A stretch of 64,000 bases of DNA from Eledone cirrhosa (Eukaryota). The translations under genes and the position numbers were made by a program. Shown one piece after another: positions 29,801-44,084 of this stretch. The stretch lies in NCBI GenBank assembly GCA_964016885.1, contig OZ024743.1, forward strand, positions 107,012,001-107,076,000, read 5' to 3'. Each line of letters opens with the position of its first letter. Positions within the stretch are counted from its first letter, which is position 1. Below the pieces are notes generated by a model. It was given only the letters and a program-made list of their open reading frames with translations. It was not told the DNA's origin and searched no databases.

Positions 29801-32800
29801 CCCGTTTTTTATTTGGGTGCGCCGTTTTTTTATTGGGGTCCGTTTTTTAGTTGGGTGCCCCGTTATTTTTATGGTGGGGTCCGTATTTTATTTGGGTGCC
29901 CCGTTACTTTTATGGTGGGTTCCGTATTTTATTTGGGTGCCCCGTTTTTTATTTGGGTGCCCGTTTTTTTATGGGGGGGTTCGTTTTTTATTTGGGTGCC
30001 CCGTTTTTTTATGGGGGGGGGGGCTTTTTTATTTGGGTGCCCCGTTACATTTATGGGGGGGTCCGTATTTTATTTGGGTGTCCCGTTTTTTATTTGGGTG
30101 ACCCGTTTCTTTATAGGGAGGTCCGTTTTGTATTTGGGTGTACTGTTTTTTATGGGGGGGGGGTCCGTTTTTTATTTGGGTGCCCCGTTTTTTTATGGGG
30201 GGGGGTCCGCTTTTTATTTGGGTGCCCCGTTTTTTATTTGGGTGTGCCTTTTTTCTTATTTGGGTGCCCTGTTTTTTATTTGGGTGCCCCGTTTTTTTAT
30301 GGGAAGGATCCGTTTTTTATTTGGGTGCCCCGTTTTTTTATGGGGGCGTCCGTTTTTTATTTGGGTGCTCGGTTTTTTTATTTGGGTGCACCGTTTTTTA
30401 TTTGGGTGCCCCGTATTTTTATGGGGGGGGGTCTGTTTTTTATTTGGGTGCCACGTTTTTTTATGGGGGGGGCTTTTTTTATTTGGGTGCCCTGTTACAT
30501 TTATGGGGGGGTCCGTATTTTATTTGGGTGTCCCGTTTTTTATTTGGGTGGCCCGTTTTTTATTTGGGTGACCCGTTTCTTTATAGGGAGGTCCGTTTTC
30601 TATTTGGGTGTACTGTTTTTTATGGGGGGGGGGGTCCGTTTTTTATTTGGGTGCCCCGTTTTTTTATGGGGGGGGGTCCGCTTTTTATTTGGGTGCCCCG
30701 TTTTTTATGGGGGGTGTCCGTTTTTTCTTTGGGTACTGCGTTCTTTTATACGGGTTTCGTTTTTTATTTGGGTGCCCCGTTCTTTTATCTCGGTGCCCGT
30801 TTTTTTTATAGGGAGGTCCGTTTTTTATTTGGGTGCCCCGTTTTTTTATGGGGGGGGGTCCGTTGGTTATTTGGGTGCCCCGTTTTTTTTATGGGGGGCG
30901 GTCCGATTTTTATTTGGGTGCCCCGTTTTTTTATGCGTGGGCGTCCAGTTTTTATTTGGGTGCCCCGTTTTTTATGGGGTGTCCGTTTTTTATTTGCGTG
31001 CCCCGTTTTTTATTTGGGTGCCCCGTTTTTTATTTGGGTGCTCCGTTTCTTATTTGGGTGCCCCTTTTTTTATTTGGGTGACCCGTTTCTTTATGGGGGG
31101 GGGGTCCGTTTTTTATTTGGGTGTACCGTTTTTTTTATGGGAGGTCCGTTCTTTTATCAGGGTGCCGCGTTTTTTATTTGTGTGCCCCGTTTTTTTATGG
31201 GGGTGTCCGCTTTTTATTTGGGTGCCCCGTTTTTTATGCCGGGGGCTCCGTTTTATATTTGGGTGCGCCGTTTTTTAATTGGGGGGGGGTCCGTTTTTTA
31301 TTTTTAGGTGCCTCGTTTTTTTATTTGAGTGCCCCGTTTTTTATTTAGGTGTGCCTTTTTTCTTATTTGGGTGCCCTGTTTTTTATTTGGGTGCCCCGTT
31401 TTTTTATGGGGAGGATCCGTTTTTTATTTGGGTGCCCCGTTTTTTTATGGGGGCGTCCGTTTTTTATTTGGGTGCTCGGTTTTTTTATTTGGGTGCACCG
31501 TTTTTTATTTGGGTGCCCCGTATTTTTATGGGGGTGGCTCTGTTTTTTATTTGGGTGCCACGTTTTTTATTTGAGTGCACCGTTATAGGGGCCTCCGTTT
31601 TTATTGGGTGCCCCGTTTTTTTATTTGGGTGCCCCGTTTTTTTATGGGGGTCCGTTTTTTATCTAGGTGCCCCGTTTTTTTATTTGGCTGCACCGTTTTT
31701 TATTTGGGTTCCCCGTTTTTTTATGGGGGGATCCGTTTTTTATTTCGTTACCCCGTTTTTTGGGGGGTTGCCCCGTATTTTTATGGTGGGACGTCATTTA
31801 TTTATGGGGGGTCCGTTTTTTATTTGGGTACCCCGTTTTTTATTTGGGTGCCCCGGTTTTTATTTGGCTGCCCCGTTTTTTATTTGGGTTCCCCGTTTTT
31901 TTATTTGGGTGCCCCATTTTTTATTTGGGTGCCCCGTTTTTTCATGGGGGTGGGTCCGTTTTTTATTTGGGTGCCCCGTTATTTTTATGGAGTGTCCGTA
32001 TTTTATTTGGGTGCCCCATTTTTTATTTGGGTGTCCGGTTCTTTATTTGGGTGTCCCGTTATTTTTATGGAGTGTCCGTATTTTATTTGGGTGCCCCATT
32101 TTTTATTTGGGTGTCCGGTTCTTTATTTGGGTGCCCCGTTTTTTATTTGGGTGCCCCGTTTTTTATTTGGGTGCGCCGTTTTTTTATTGGGGGGGGGGTC
32201 CGTTTTTATTTTTAGGTGCCTCGTTTTTTTATTTGGGTGCCCCGTTTTTTTATTTGGGTGCCCCGTTTTTTATTTGGGTGCGCGGTTTTTTTATTGGGGG
32301 TCCGTTTTTTTAGTTGGGTGCCCCGTTATTTTTATGGTGGGGTCCGTATTTTATTTGGGTGCCCCGTTACTTTTATGGTGGGTTCCGTATTTTATTTGGG
32401 TGCCCCGTTTTTTATTTGGGTGCCCGTTTCTTTATGGGGGGGGTTCGTTTTTTATTTGGGTGCCCCGTTTTTTTATGGGGGGGGGGATTTTTTTATTTGG
32501 GTGCCCCGTTACATTTATGGGGGGGTCCGTCTTTTATTTGGGTGTCTCGTTTTTTATTTGGGTGGCCCGTTTTTTATTTGGGTGACCCGTTTCTTTATAG
32601 GGAGGTCCGTTTTCTATTTGGGTGTACTGTTTTTTATGGGGGGGGGTCCGTTTTTTATTTGGGTGCCCCGTTTTTTTATGGGGGGGGGTCCGCTTTTTAT
32701 TTGGGTGCCCCGTTTTTTATGGGGGGTGTCCGTTTTTTCTTTGGGTGCTGCGTTCTTTTATACGGGTTTCGTTTTTTATTTGGGTGCCCCGTTCTTTTAT

Positions 32801-33990
32801 CTCGGTGCCCGTTTTTTTTATAGGGAGGTCCGTTTTTTATTTGGGTGCCCCGTTTTTTTATGGGGGGGTCCGTTGGTTATTTGGGTGCCCCGTTTTTTTT
32901 ATGGGGGGCGGTCCGATTTTTATTTGGGTGCCCCGTTTTTTTATGCGTGGGCGTCCAGTTTTTATTTGGGTGCCCCGTTTTTTATGGGGTGTCCGTTTTT
33001 TATTTGCGTGCCCCGTTTTTTATTTGGGTGCCCCGTTTCTTATTTGGGTGCTCCGTTTCTTATTTGGGTGCCCCTTTTTTTATTTGGGTGACCCGTTTCT
33101 TTATGGGGGGGGGTCCGTTTTTTATTCGGGTGCACCGTTTTTTTTATGGGAGGTCCGTTCTTTTATCAGGGTGCCGCGTTTTTTATTTGTGTGCCCCGTT
33201 TTTTTATGGGGGTGACCGCTTTTTATTTGGGTGCCCCGTTTTTTATGCCGGGGGCTCCGTTTTTTATTTGGGTGCGCCGTTTTTTTATTGGGGGGGGGTC
33301 CGTTTTTTATTTTTAGGTGCCTCGTTTTTTTATTTGAGTGCCCCGTTTTTTATTTGGGTGTGCCTTTTTTCTTATTTGGGTGCCCTGTTTTTTATTTGGG
33401 TGCCCCGTTTTTTTATGGGGAGGATCCGTTTTTTATTTGGGTGCCCCGTTTTTTTATGGGGGCGTCCGTTTTTTATTTGGGTGCTCGGTTTTTTTATTTG
33501 GGTGCACCGTTTTTTATTTGGGTGCCCCGTATTTTTATTGGGGGGGGGGGTCCGTTTTTATTTTTAGGTGCCTCGTTTTTTTATTTGGGTGCCCCGTTTT
33601 TTTATTTGGGTGCCCCGTTTTTTATTTGGGTGCGCCGTTTTTTTATTGGGGGTCCGTTTTTTAGTTGGGTGCCCCGTTATTTTTATGGTGGGGTCCGTAT
33701 TTTATTTGGGTGCCCCGTTACTTTTATGGTGGGTTCCGTATTTTATTTGGGTGCCCCGTTTTTTTATTTTGGTGGTCCGTTTTTTATTTGGGTGCCCCGT
33801 TTTTTATTTGGGTGCCCGTTTCTTTATGGGGGGGTTCGTTTTTTATTTGGGTGCCCCGTTTTTTTATGGGGGGGGGGCTTTTTTTATTTGGGTGTCCCGT
33901 TATTTTATGGGGGGGGTCCGTATTTTATTTGGGTGTCCCGTTTTTTATTTGGGGGGTCCGTTTTTTATTTGGGTGCCCCGTTTTTCATTT
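5881..33990 (+). repeat. 28-kb tandem satellite of ~20-bp monomers: TTTTTTATTTGGGTGCCCCG interspersed with a TTTTTTATGGGGGGGTCCG variant
   Basis: Continuous head-to-tail array in one orientation with no inserted element seen. The + strand is T/G-rich and A-poor. kb-scale blocks of variant monomers recur. Confidence 0.97.
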
Positions 33991-34439
33991 GTCTGAGTTT
34001 GTTTGTTGCTGTCACGCAAAATAATTATGTCCAGCTAGGTCAGTCTTGTGGCTAGACGTATTCACTTGTCGGTAGTCTAATCCAAAATTATTCAGAGCAC
34101 ATTTTCACGAATCACATAGCCTAAGATTGAAACCTGTTGGTGGGCCGTACAAAAATAGCTTCGAGGTCCGAGCGTTGTCCACCCTTGTTTCACACCTTGC
34201 TTGCCTACAGCAACCGTTCTGTACAGTTTATGGTTGCCTGCTCGCTTGTAGCTGTACTGCTAACATCGTGTCCCAAATTATGGCGAATATAAAAAAACAA
34301 AAAAAAATCAACAACACAATACACCTAAACACCTGCCTGACGGTATTACATCAAAAGATTATTATACAATCACTTTGATGTCTTCGAAATGCGCATAGGT
34401 TTATACAATAAACCATCTCTTTATAATGTTTATATATAC

Positions 34440-34471
<32 letters not shown>

Positions 34472-34809
34472 TTAAAAGTTAAACAAGGTGCAATGAATAC
34501 ATGAAATATACATTCGTTTTTTCGAGGCACCTACTAAATATATTATCACATCAGCTGTTTCTTCCTCTTTCTTCCTCTATGCTTTCCTTTCTTTCCTCTT
34601 TCTTCAGTAGTTTTTAAAAAAATTGTTTTAACTGTTATATGGATGCCATGTATTTTTTAAGGTGTAATACACGCACCCTCTCTATTGTTTGTATTATATA
34701 TTTTTCTCATGTTCTCAATATTAGGGTATAAATGTTGAGTTTTGTCATATGTTAAACACTACCATGACTGAATCTTAACCATCTACTTTATCAGGTTATG
34801 TCATGCATC

Positions 34810-34880
34810 ATCTTATTTTATCTGATGAGGACGTTCTATTGAACTTAACTCAGTCCCTCTGAAATAAGTATAATATAATA
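34810..34880 (+). ncRNA. Degenerate hammerhead-like core
   Basis: CTGATGA (34822), GGAC...GTCC, ctct, GAAA (34861), TAAG, TA. Flanks TTATTTTA/TAATATAA pair imperfectly. About 45 nt upstream of a long (TA)n tract. Confidence 0.4.
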
Positions 34881-34920
34881 TACTTGATCACAAGAATATC
34901 TATTTTGTTAATATTTTGAA

Positions 34921-35316
<396 letters not shown>

Positions 35317-35451
35317 TTGTTATACTTTGGGAGGGTCATGTTGCCAATAAGAAACACACGCACCAGTTGCTTTCACTTCAATTTATTATAATAAATTAAT
35401 AAATTTCTGGTTGGTTGGTTGGTTCCACAACCAGATAGTTGTTTATATATT

Positions 35452-35494
35452 GTCATAGTTCTTTCTTCACACACTCTGTGACCTCTTCAGTGAC
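35452..35494 (-). ncRNA. Type I minimal hammerhead ribozyme (inverted-arm copy)
   Basis: Reverse complement of 35885-35927 with a C>A change at the base of stem II. Confidence 0.65.
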
Positions 35495-35884
35495 TGGGGA
35501 TTCTTTTTTTTCTTTGTTTTTGTGCCTCTTCTTTGTTCTGTCCTACGCCATTTTGTTTATGTGTGTGTGTTGTGTGCTCAGTCTGCGCATGCGCCACAGT
35601 GGCAATAAACATAAAATAATTACAACCAAAATTAAATAGAAAATATGAGTGGAACAGCAACATCACAACTTACAATTAAGGACAAAATGAAAACACACAG
35701 ACACATAGAACAAACAACCAACCAGTAACATGTAAATAAACAAATAAATAAATGAACATAAACACACACAAACACCCGGATGTGGCGCATACGCAGACTG
35801 AGCACACAACACACACACAGAAACAAAATGGCGTAGGACAGAACAAAGAACAGGCACAAAAACAAAGAAAAAAAAGAATCCCCA

Positions 35885-35927
35885 GTCACTGAAGAGGTCA
35901 CAGAGTGTGTGACGAAAGAACTATGAC
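35885..35927 (+). ncRNA. Type I minimal hammerhead ribozyme
   Basis: GTCA|CTGAAGA|G|GTCACA-gagtg-TGTGAC|GAAA|GAAC|TA|TGAC. Stem I GTCA/TGAC, 6-bp stem II, minimal stem III, predicted CUA cleavage triplet. Confidence 0.8.
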
Positions 35928-36156
35928 AATATATAAACAACTATCTGGTTGTGGAACCAACCAACCAACCAGAAATTTATAAATTTATTATAATAAATTG
36001 AAGTGAAAGCAACTGGTGCGTGTGTTTCTTATTGGCAACATGACCCTACCAAAGTATAACAATATCGGTTTCAACACACGATTTCAGATAAAGAATCTTG
36101 CTAAACAAATTCAGAAACGAAATATATATATATATATATAAGTATATATATATATA

Positions 36157-36621
36157 TATAAGTTAAAACAATGAAATAAAAAATCAAGTCATTAGAAATA
36201 TACTTCACTGCTTTACGATCGTTTCTAGGTGATGATAATACATCGTAACTATACTTCGATATCGATCTATGTAAGGTTAGTTAAAAAATATCGGATAAAG
36301 AGAATATTTACTTACCTGCATATCACCAGATGTAAGTAAATATTCTCTTTATCTGATATTTTTTAACTAACCTTACATAGATGGATATCGAAGTATAGTT
36401 ACGATGTATTATCATCACCTAGAAATGATTGTAAAGCAGTGAAGTTTATTTCTAATGACTTGATTTTTTATTTCATTGTTTTAACTTATAGCATGACTCT
36501 GTTTTCCTTTTAATGTTTTATTGTTTTCTAGGATTTATTTTAACCTACAACATTTTCAACATATGGATTACATTGAGTTTTCCATGCAGATCTAGACCCC
36601 ACAACTTACCGTGGATATCTC

Positions 36622-36622
<1 letters not shown>
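36157..36622 (+). mobile_element. Fold-back element (159-bp inverted arms) with partial hammerhead core
   Basis: Arms 36157-36315 and 36332-36490, tail to ~36622, microsatellite on both sides. The left arm reads GAAA-CGATCG-TA on the minus strand (36214-36225), a palindromic stem III. No adjacent CTGANGA found. Confidence 0.6.
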
Positions 36623-36694
<72 letters not shown>

Positions 36695-37357
36695 TTATAT
36701 ATATTCCTCACAAGAGGACATTTTGTCAGTATGTGCGAGAAATAGATGTGATATAGAAAAATTACCATTCTTTATAAATCTGAATCAAATACTTCTCGTT
36801 AAAAAATATATATATGTATGTATATATAAATGTGTTGGTGTGTGTGTATGTGTTGGTGTGTTTGTGTGTGTGAGAGATAGAGTATTCATTACACTTGTTA
36901 CACATCTCAAATTCTTCTTTGGTGATCAAATCTTCCATATATTATATATAATTCTTAGCACACCGTCTAACCTATTTTATGGATATACCCACTATAAGTA
37001 AGCATAAAAATCATATAGGTGCCCAAGAGCGATTTTATAGATAAATGACAGAGTGTACGCGTGAATGTATGAATGTGCATATTGATAACACATGTATGTA
37101 ATAAACAGGCTAAATTGATATATTTTTTTCTCTTCCCAGTTAATTTCCAGAGGAAATCATTTCATACGAGTGTGTTCTCTTTTAATTTAACATTTCCTGT
37201 CAGATGAATCTTCTCATTTATTCCCAATCTTCAAGATATGACAAACAGCCGCCCTTTACAGTTTTGCAGGTTTTGTTATTTCATGAAAACCTTGGCCGCA
37301 TATGCAACATTATCTTTCCAAATGATCCATCCATCAATCTATCTCTATATCTATCTA

Positions 37358-37392
<35 letters not shown>

Positions 37393-37395
37393 ATA

Positions 37396-37447
<52 letters not shown>

Positions 37448-38087
37448 GATGGTGTGTGCCTATATATTCCTACATATGCCCGTGTGTGTATGTACGTATA
37501 TGCGCACATATGTGTGTGTTGAACAAAGGACTAACTTTGGGATGGACGTAGAAAAATTCTTCAGGAAAAAAAGAAGAAAAACATAATTATTCACAAACTT
37601 GACAGGTGTGATTTGCCTGTGACCATTCCCAACACAAAAGCAATGCTAAAAGCTTTTTCCCCTGAATAAAGGAATTTTTCGAGAATGACCGGGGCAGGCC
37701 GCACTTGCTACATTTCTCCCCACCCAACCCTACTCACCGTCTCAACTCATTACTGCTATGAACACTTTTTCAACACACCTACACCCATGCACTTATTAAA
37801 GGGGGAGAAAAGAAACCCTCACCACACCACAGACATGTTAAATCCCTATATATAGAACAACACACCACATACACATCTGTTTGACAAGCGCACCTCAGCG
37901 TGAAAGGTCTTTCTAAAAACGAAACAATACCTCCTACGTTAACCAAGAACTCCTAAGACCTAACCAACATCCAACAACTTAATTTATAAAATAATTTTTT
38001 TTAAGAAAAATTCTTTTTGGATTTTGTGAAGAAAATAAATTTGTTGAAAGCACAAGTGAAGCCATTTTTTCTTCCCCCCTGTCTTAA

Positions 38088-38317
<230 letters not shown>

Positions 38318-39014
38318 AAGGCGAAGTTTTCTGTATGTGTGTGTATGTGTGTGTGGACAATTTTAATGAGGGCTCATATATTCTAAACCATTCATGCGAT
38401 TTCTTTGAAATTTTTTACAGAGCTTCTCCTTCCACAACAGCTGTAGATGATCTACAAAGGCTTTCAAAAATCGATATTGGGGCCTTTGGAGACATTAAAA
38501 AAGTGTTGCTTATTTGTGTCAATTTTCGTGATTAAGTAAGACAAGAGTTATCTTTCGTAATTCGGCTCATTCGGATTTTAATTTACTCTTTGTATCATTT
38601 TGTATATTTCACAACCAGCAATTTCTAACAGATTACTAAGATAAGTTATAGATTTGACATTGTATAATTTATCGTTTCAAGCTTGATGTTCATACATTAA
38701 GTGATGTCATAACTTTTACAATAATATACTTGGTACATAATAGTGTCTATTATTCACTTCACTTCTCTATTTCATGATTCGCATTTACTGTTGTCAAAAA
38801 ATGTATCCCTAGACTGGATTTCTGTTGTTACATGGTATAACGGAAGACACCCAGCTCACATATTAATTATTTCGCTGGAATAGTGCCTAAGGTTTTCATG
38901 TTTACATAAAGTACGTTTTTCTTCTATGTATTCAAATTTACTTTGTTTAGTTTAATGAGCTACATCGAAAGCTACTTGAACCTAGGTAGTTTACCTAGTA
39001 TATATATATATATA

Positions 39015-39527
<513 letters not shown>

Positions 39528-39587
39528 TATATATATATATATATATTAATTACTATCTCTCTGTCTATCTATAATCTCTCTCACTCA

Positions 39588-39653
<66 letters not shown>

Positions 39654-40167
39654 TCCCACCGCCTATTTTAGATACTTTACTCAATTTCCTACGCGAACCA
39701 TTGGATACCACATCTACGATGGGTGACGTCTATAACGTCGAGTGCTTTAGTAATTCGTTGCATCACGACTTGCCTACCAGAACCACCAGATCAACACTTA
39801 GCTTATCAAAATAACCTAAATTGTGTGTGTGTGTTTCTACCTATCTATATATCTGCCTGTTCCTCTCTCCCTCTGTGTCCGTCACACTTTCTCTCTCTCT
39901 ATATATATAGGGTTTGGGTGGCATATCTACTTTAAGTACGAGAATCAGATGTGCATTTATTTTTTTAACATAGTACAAGCCGGCTGTCTCTATGCAACTA
40001 CATGACAACGAATCTAGACACAATAAAACACGTTCAAACTATATTATTCTTTTTATGTATTTTTCTGTTTTGTAAGGCAGTAGGGTGTAATTACGGTGAT
40101 ATTTGGTTGTTATTTCTACCTATGTGTTAGGGATTATTTTATATGTGTTTTTAGTTATATTCATCCC

Positions 40168-40288
<121 letters not shown>

Positions 40289-40451
40289 ATGTGTATGTGT
40301 GTGTGTGTGTGTGTGTGTGCAGATAAATATGTGGGTGCGATTGTATGTGTGTATGTGAGTGTTTGTATTAGCAATAAGATACGTATATATATTAACAATT
40401 AAGCCGCAAACTGGAAACGACTAATCTGAACGTTGATAGAGGGTAATATAC

Positions 40452-40502
<51 letters not shown>

Positions 40503-40939
40503 AACAAACATTGGGTATCTCGAATTACAGAAAAGTGGCGTTGGGAGATTATTAAATTCATAGAAAAATGGGAAGAACAAACGCGAGAGATTGCTGTTAA
40601 AACAACCGAATGTCGTTGACAATAACAGCATGGAAGTCCGTTAAAAATACACCTAATGACGGAAAACATTGATCAGTGGACGTACAGGAAATGGAAAATT
40701 GTGATGTCAACTGGGTGAAAAAAGATGACCAGAGTGTTTTGTCATATGTGATTGATAACGAAAGGAGAATAAAAGGAAAACAAGTAGAGACCAAAGTAAG
40801 TAACTCTGATTACACCAGGATTTACCCACGGACTCCGATGTTGGACACTTTGTACTGTTTTACACAAACAGCACACACACACACACACACACACATACAC
40901 ACACACACAACACACACAACACACACACACACACAACAC

Positions 40940-40978
<39 letters not shown>

Positions 40979-41625
40979 AACAGTAGAAGCTTAGTAAAAT
41001 CTAAGCTTTGGCTGTGGGCAAGCAAAGTCGACCTACAATAGGAATGAGTTAGCAAAGCACTCAATATGGGTAGGTCCTTAGAGTAATAACATACGTTCAA
41101 ATAGCTTGACAGATTGAAAATTGCGGTAGGCTAAACCCAACCACACAATACCAAAGTAACGAAAGAACTAACAGGTTAAAATGATACACCTGGACAAATC
41201 AAACAATATACGTTTAAAGTGTTTCTATGAAATCCGAAATCAGTTATCCAACTTACGTAACAGGCACGCTCGTGGTATTCCATTCTGCCATAAATCGGAG
41301 TGGACAAGCTAAATGCGGCCACTAAGAATGCAGCCAGCGAACACCTTAATTGTCACGTGTTATTTCCAACAAGGGAAGAAACCCTCGGTTTTTCTCGGGT
41401 AGATTCAAAGTGATAACAAAGGAAATATTATAATTTCCGCTAACATTCCGAATAAAAGCTCTCAACAAAATGTTATTAAACAAACAAATAATTAACCAAT
41501 CAACAGAATTGTCAAATTAAATTAATTAGTTAATTATTAAATCTAGGAGAAAATAATGCAAGTGGAAGCTTAGTAAAATCGAAGCTTTGGCCGTGGGCAA
41601 GCAAAGTCGACCTACAATATATATA

Positions 41626-41935
<310 letters not shown>

Positions 41936-42024
41936 ATGTAAAAGATAAACAGAAATAACAACACAATCGGTACAGTATATGGAAGGTATATATTAGGTTA
42001 ACGCTTGATATAGCAGGAAGAGGG

Positions 42025-42060
42025 TCTTAACGTTTCGGACGCTAGTCCTTCATCAGAAGA
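42025..42060 (-). ncRNA. Penelope-type minimal hammerhead ribozyme
   Basis: Minus strand reads TCTT|CTGATGA|A|GGAC-tagc-GTCC|GAAA|CG|TT|AAGA, with palindromic AACGTT. Followed by a ~95-nt tail ending at (TA)n. Confidence 0.8.
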
Positions 42061-42154
42061 AAGAATGAGAAATAAAATAGATTGAGGGAAAGAGCGGGTT
42101 GGAATTGGAAAAAATGTCTTTAGATAAAAATAACAGGTCCATTCATTTTGAAAT

Positions 42155-42305
42155 CTCTTTGGCACAAGGCCAGCAAATACCTAGTACATTACTGGTACTT
42201 TATTTTATCGACCCCCTAAGGATGAAAGGCAAAGTTAACCTCGGCGGGATTTGAACTCAGATCGTAAAGGGACGTAACTATGCTGAAAAGCATGGCGTCC
42301 GACTC
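42155..42305 (-). mobile_element. tRNA-derived SINE fragment
   Basis: Close match to 62900-63035. B-box-like GAGTTCAAATCC on the minus strand (~42247-42258). Confidence 0.75.
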
Positions 42306-42445
42306 CAATCCACATAATGTTCATTAAGAGACATAATATTAAGTGCAAAATGAATTTACATCAAACTCACATGTGGGCGTGCAAACCCTTATATATACGT
42401 GACAATATAAATACCCCTATATTTGTGTCTCTCTACCTATATAGA

Positions 42446-42477
<32 letters not shown>

Positions 42478-42714
42478 ACTCTCTCTCCCTCTCTCTCTCT
42501 ATCTCTCTCTCTCTGTATATGTATATATATATATATATGTGTGTGTTGTGTGTGTGCGTGTGCGTGCGTGTGAGTGTCTGCTTTTGTGTGCGTGTGTGTA
42601 TGTAAGTGTCTGTGTCTGTTTGTTGATAGCTATGTATATATTGATAGACATGCTTCACTCTCACGCACTGTCTCTCTCTCGCTCTCTTTATATATATATA
42701 TATATATGAATATG

Positions 42715-42745
<31 letters not shown>

Positions 42746-43054
42746 TTGTGTGAAGGAAAATTTAAGGAATGTTAGAAATTATGCAATGTATATTCGAGTG
42801 CGAAGCTGCGTCGTAATTACATATTAGGTCAACCAGTACAGAAAACAAGTTTCATTTCCTCACTTGCTAGACACATCAGAACAATAACAACATGAATTTA
42901 CTGACATACTAAAGTAAGCGCTATGACCCATCCTATCTTCCGTTTGTATATTTCAAGCCAGAATTATAACATCAATCGAATCAACCGCACCAATATTGAA
43001 TCAAAATTGAAATTACTGCGAGATACAGCAGATTCTGCAATATACGCTATGGGC

Positions 43055-43740
<686 letters not shown>

Positions 43741-43795
43741 AAATAAAATAAAGTTAAATAAAAAGTTAAATGTTTAAAATTTAGCTTCGTTTATT

Positions 43796-43850
43796 ACTGC
43801 TATATATATTTCAGTGACAGCCATCTTTGGTTGTGACCTCTTCAGGCAGT
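43796..43850 (-). ncRNA. Type I hammerhead ribozyme (intact core)
   Basis: Minus strand reads ACTGC|CTGAAGA|GGTCACAACCA-aaga-TGGCTGTCACT|GAAA|TATATA|TA|GCAGT, then AATAAA. Stem I ACTGC/GCAGT is 5 bp. Confidence 0.8.
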
Positions 43851-44029
43851 CCGAATTAGTGTGGTATAGACAAGTACATATGTTCTTGAGGTGTATAATA
43901 TTGTTAATACACTGATATGCCCAGTTCCTCAGTGAAATAACAACCCAATCAGGAACTGGGCATATCAGAGTATTGACAATATTATACACCTCAACAACAT
44001 ATGTACTTGTCTATACCACACTAATTCGG

Positions 44030-44084
44030 ACTGCTTGAAGAGGTCACAGCCAAAGATGGCTGTCACTGAAATATATATAGCAGT
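44030..44084 (+). ncRNA. Type I hammerhead ribozyme (C3>U variant)
   Basis: ACTGC|TTGAAGA|GGTCACAGCCA-aaga-TGGCTGTCACT|GAAA|TATATA|TA|GCAGT, with AATAAA at 44085-44090. Confidence 0.7.

Noticed and set aside
5881-33990. CRISPR array or telomeric repeat
   Set aside because: There are no unique spacers (intervening units are monomer variants), no cas genes, and no TTAGGG-type unit. The context is eukaryotic.
5737-34055. Long hydrophobic ORFs (up to 786 aa) resembling membrane proteins
   Set aside because: They are translations of the 20-bp satellite (FFIWVPR/FLFGCPV/FYLGAP) open in all three frames because the + strand is A-poor and rarely forms stops.
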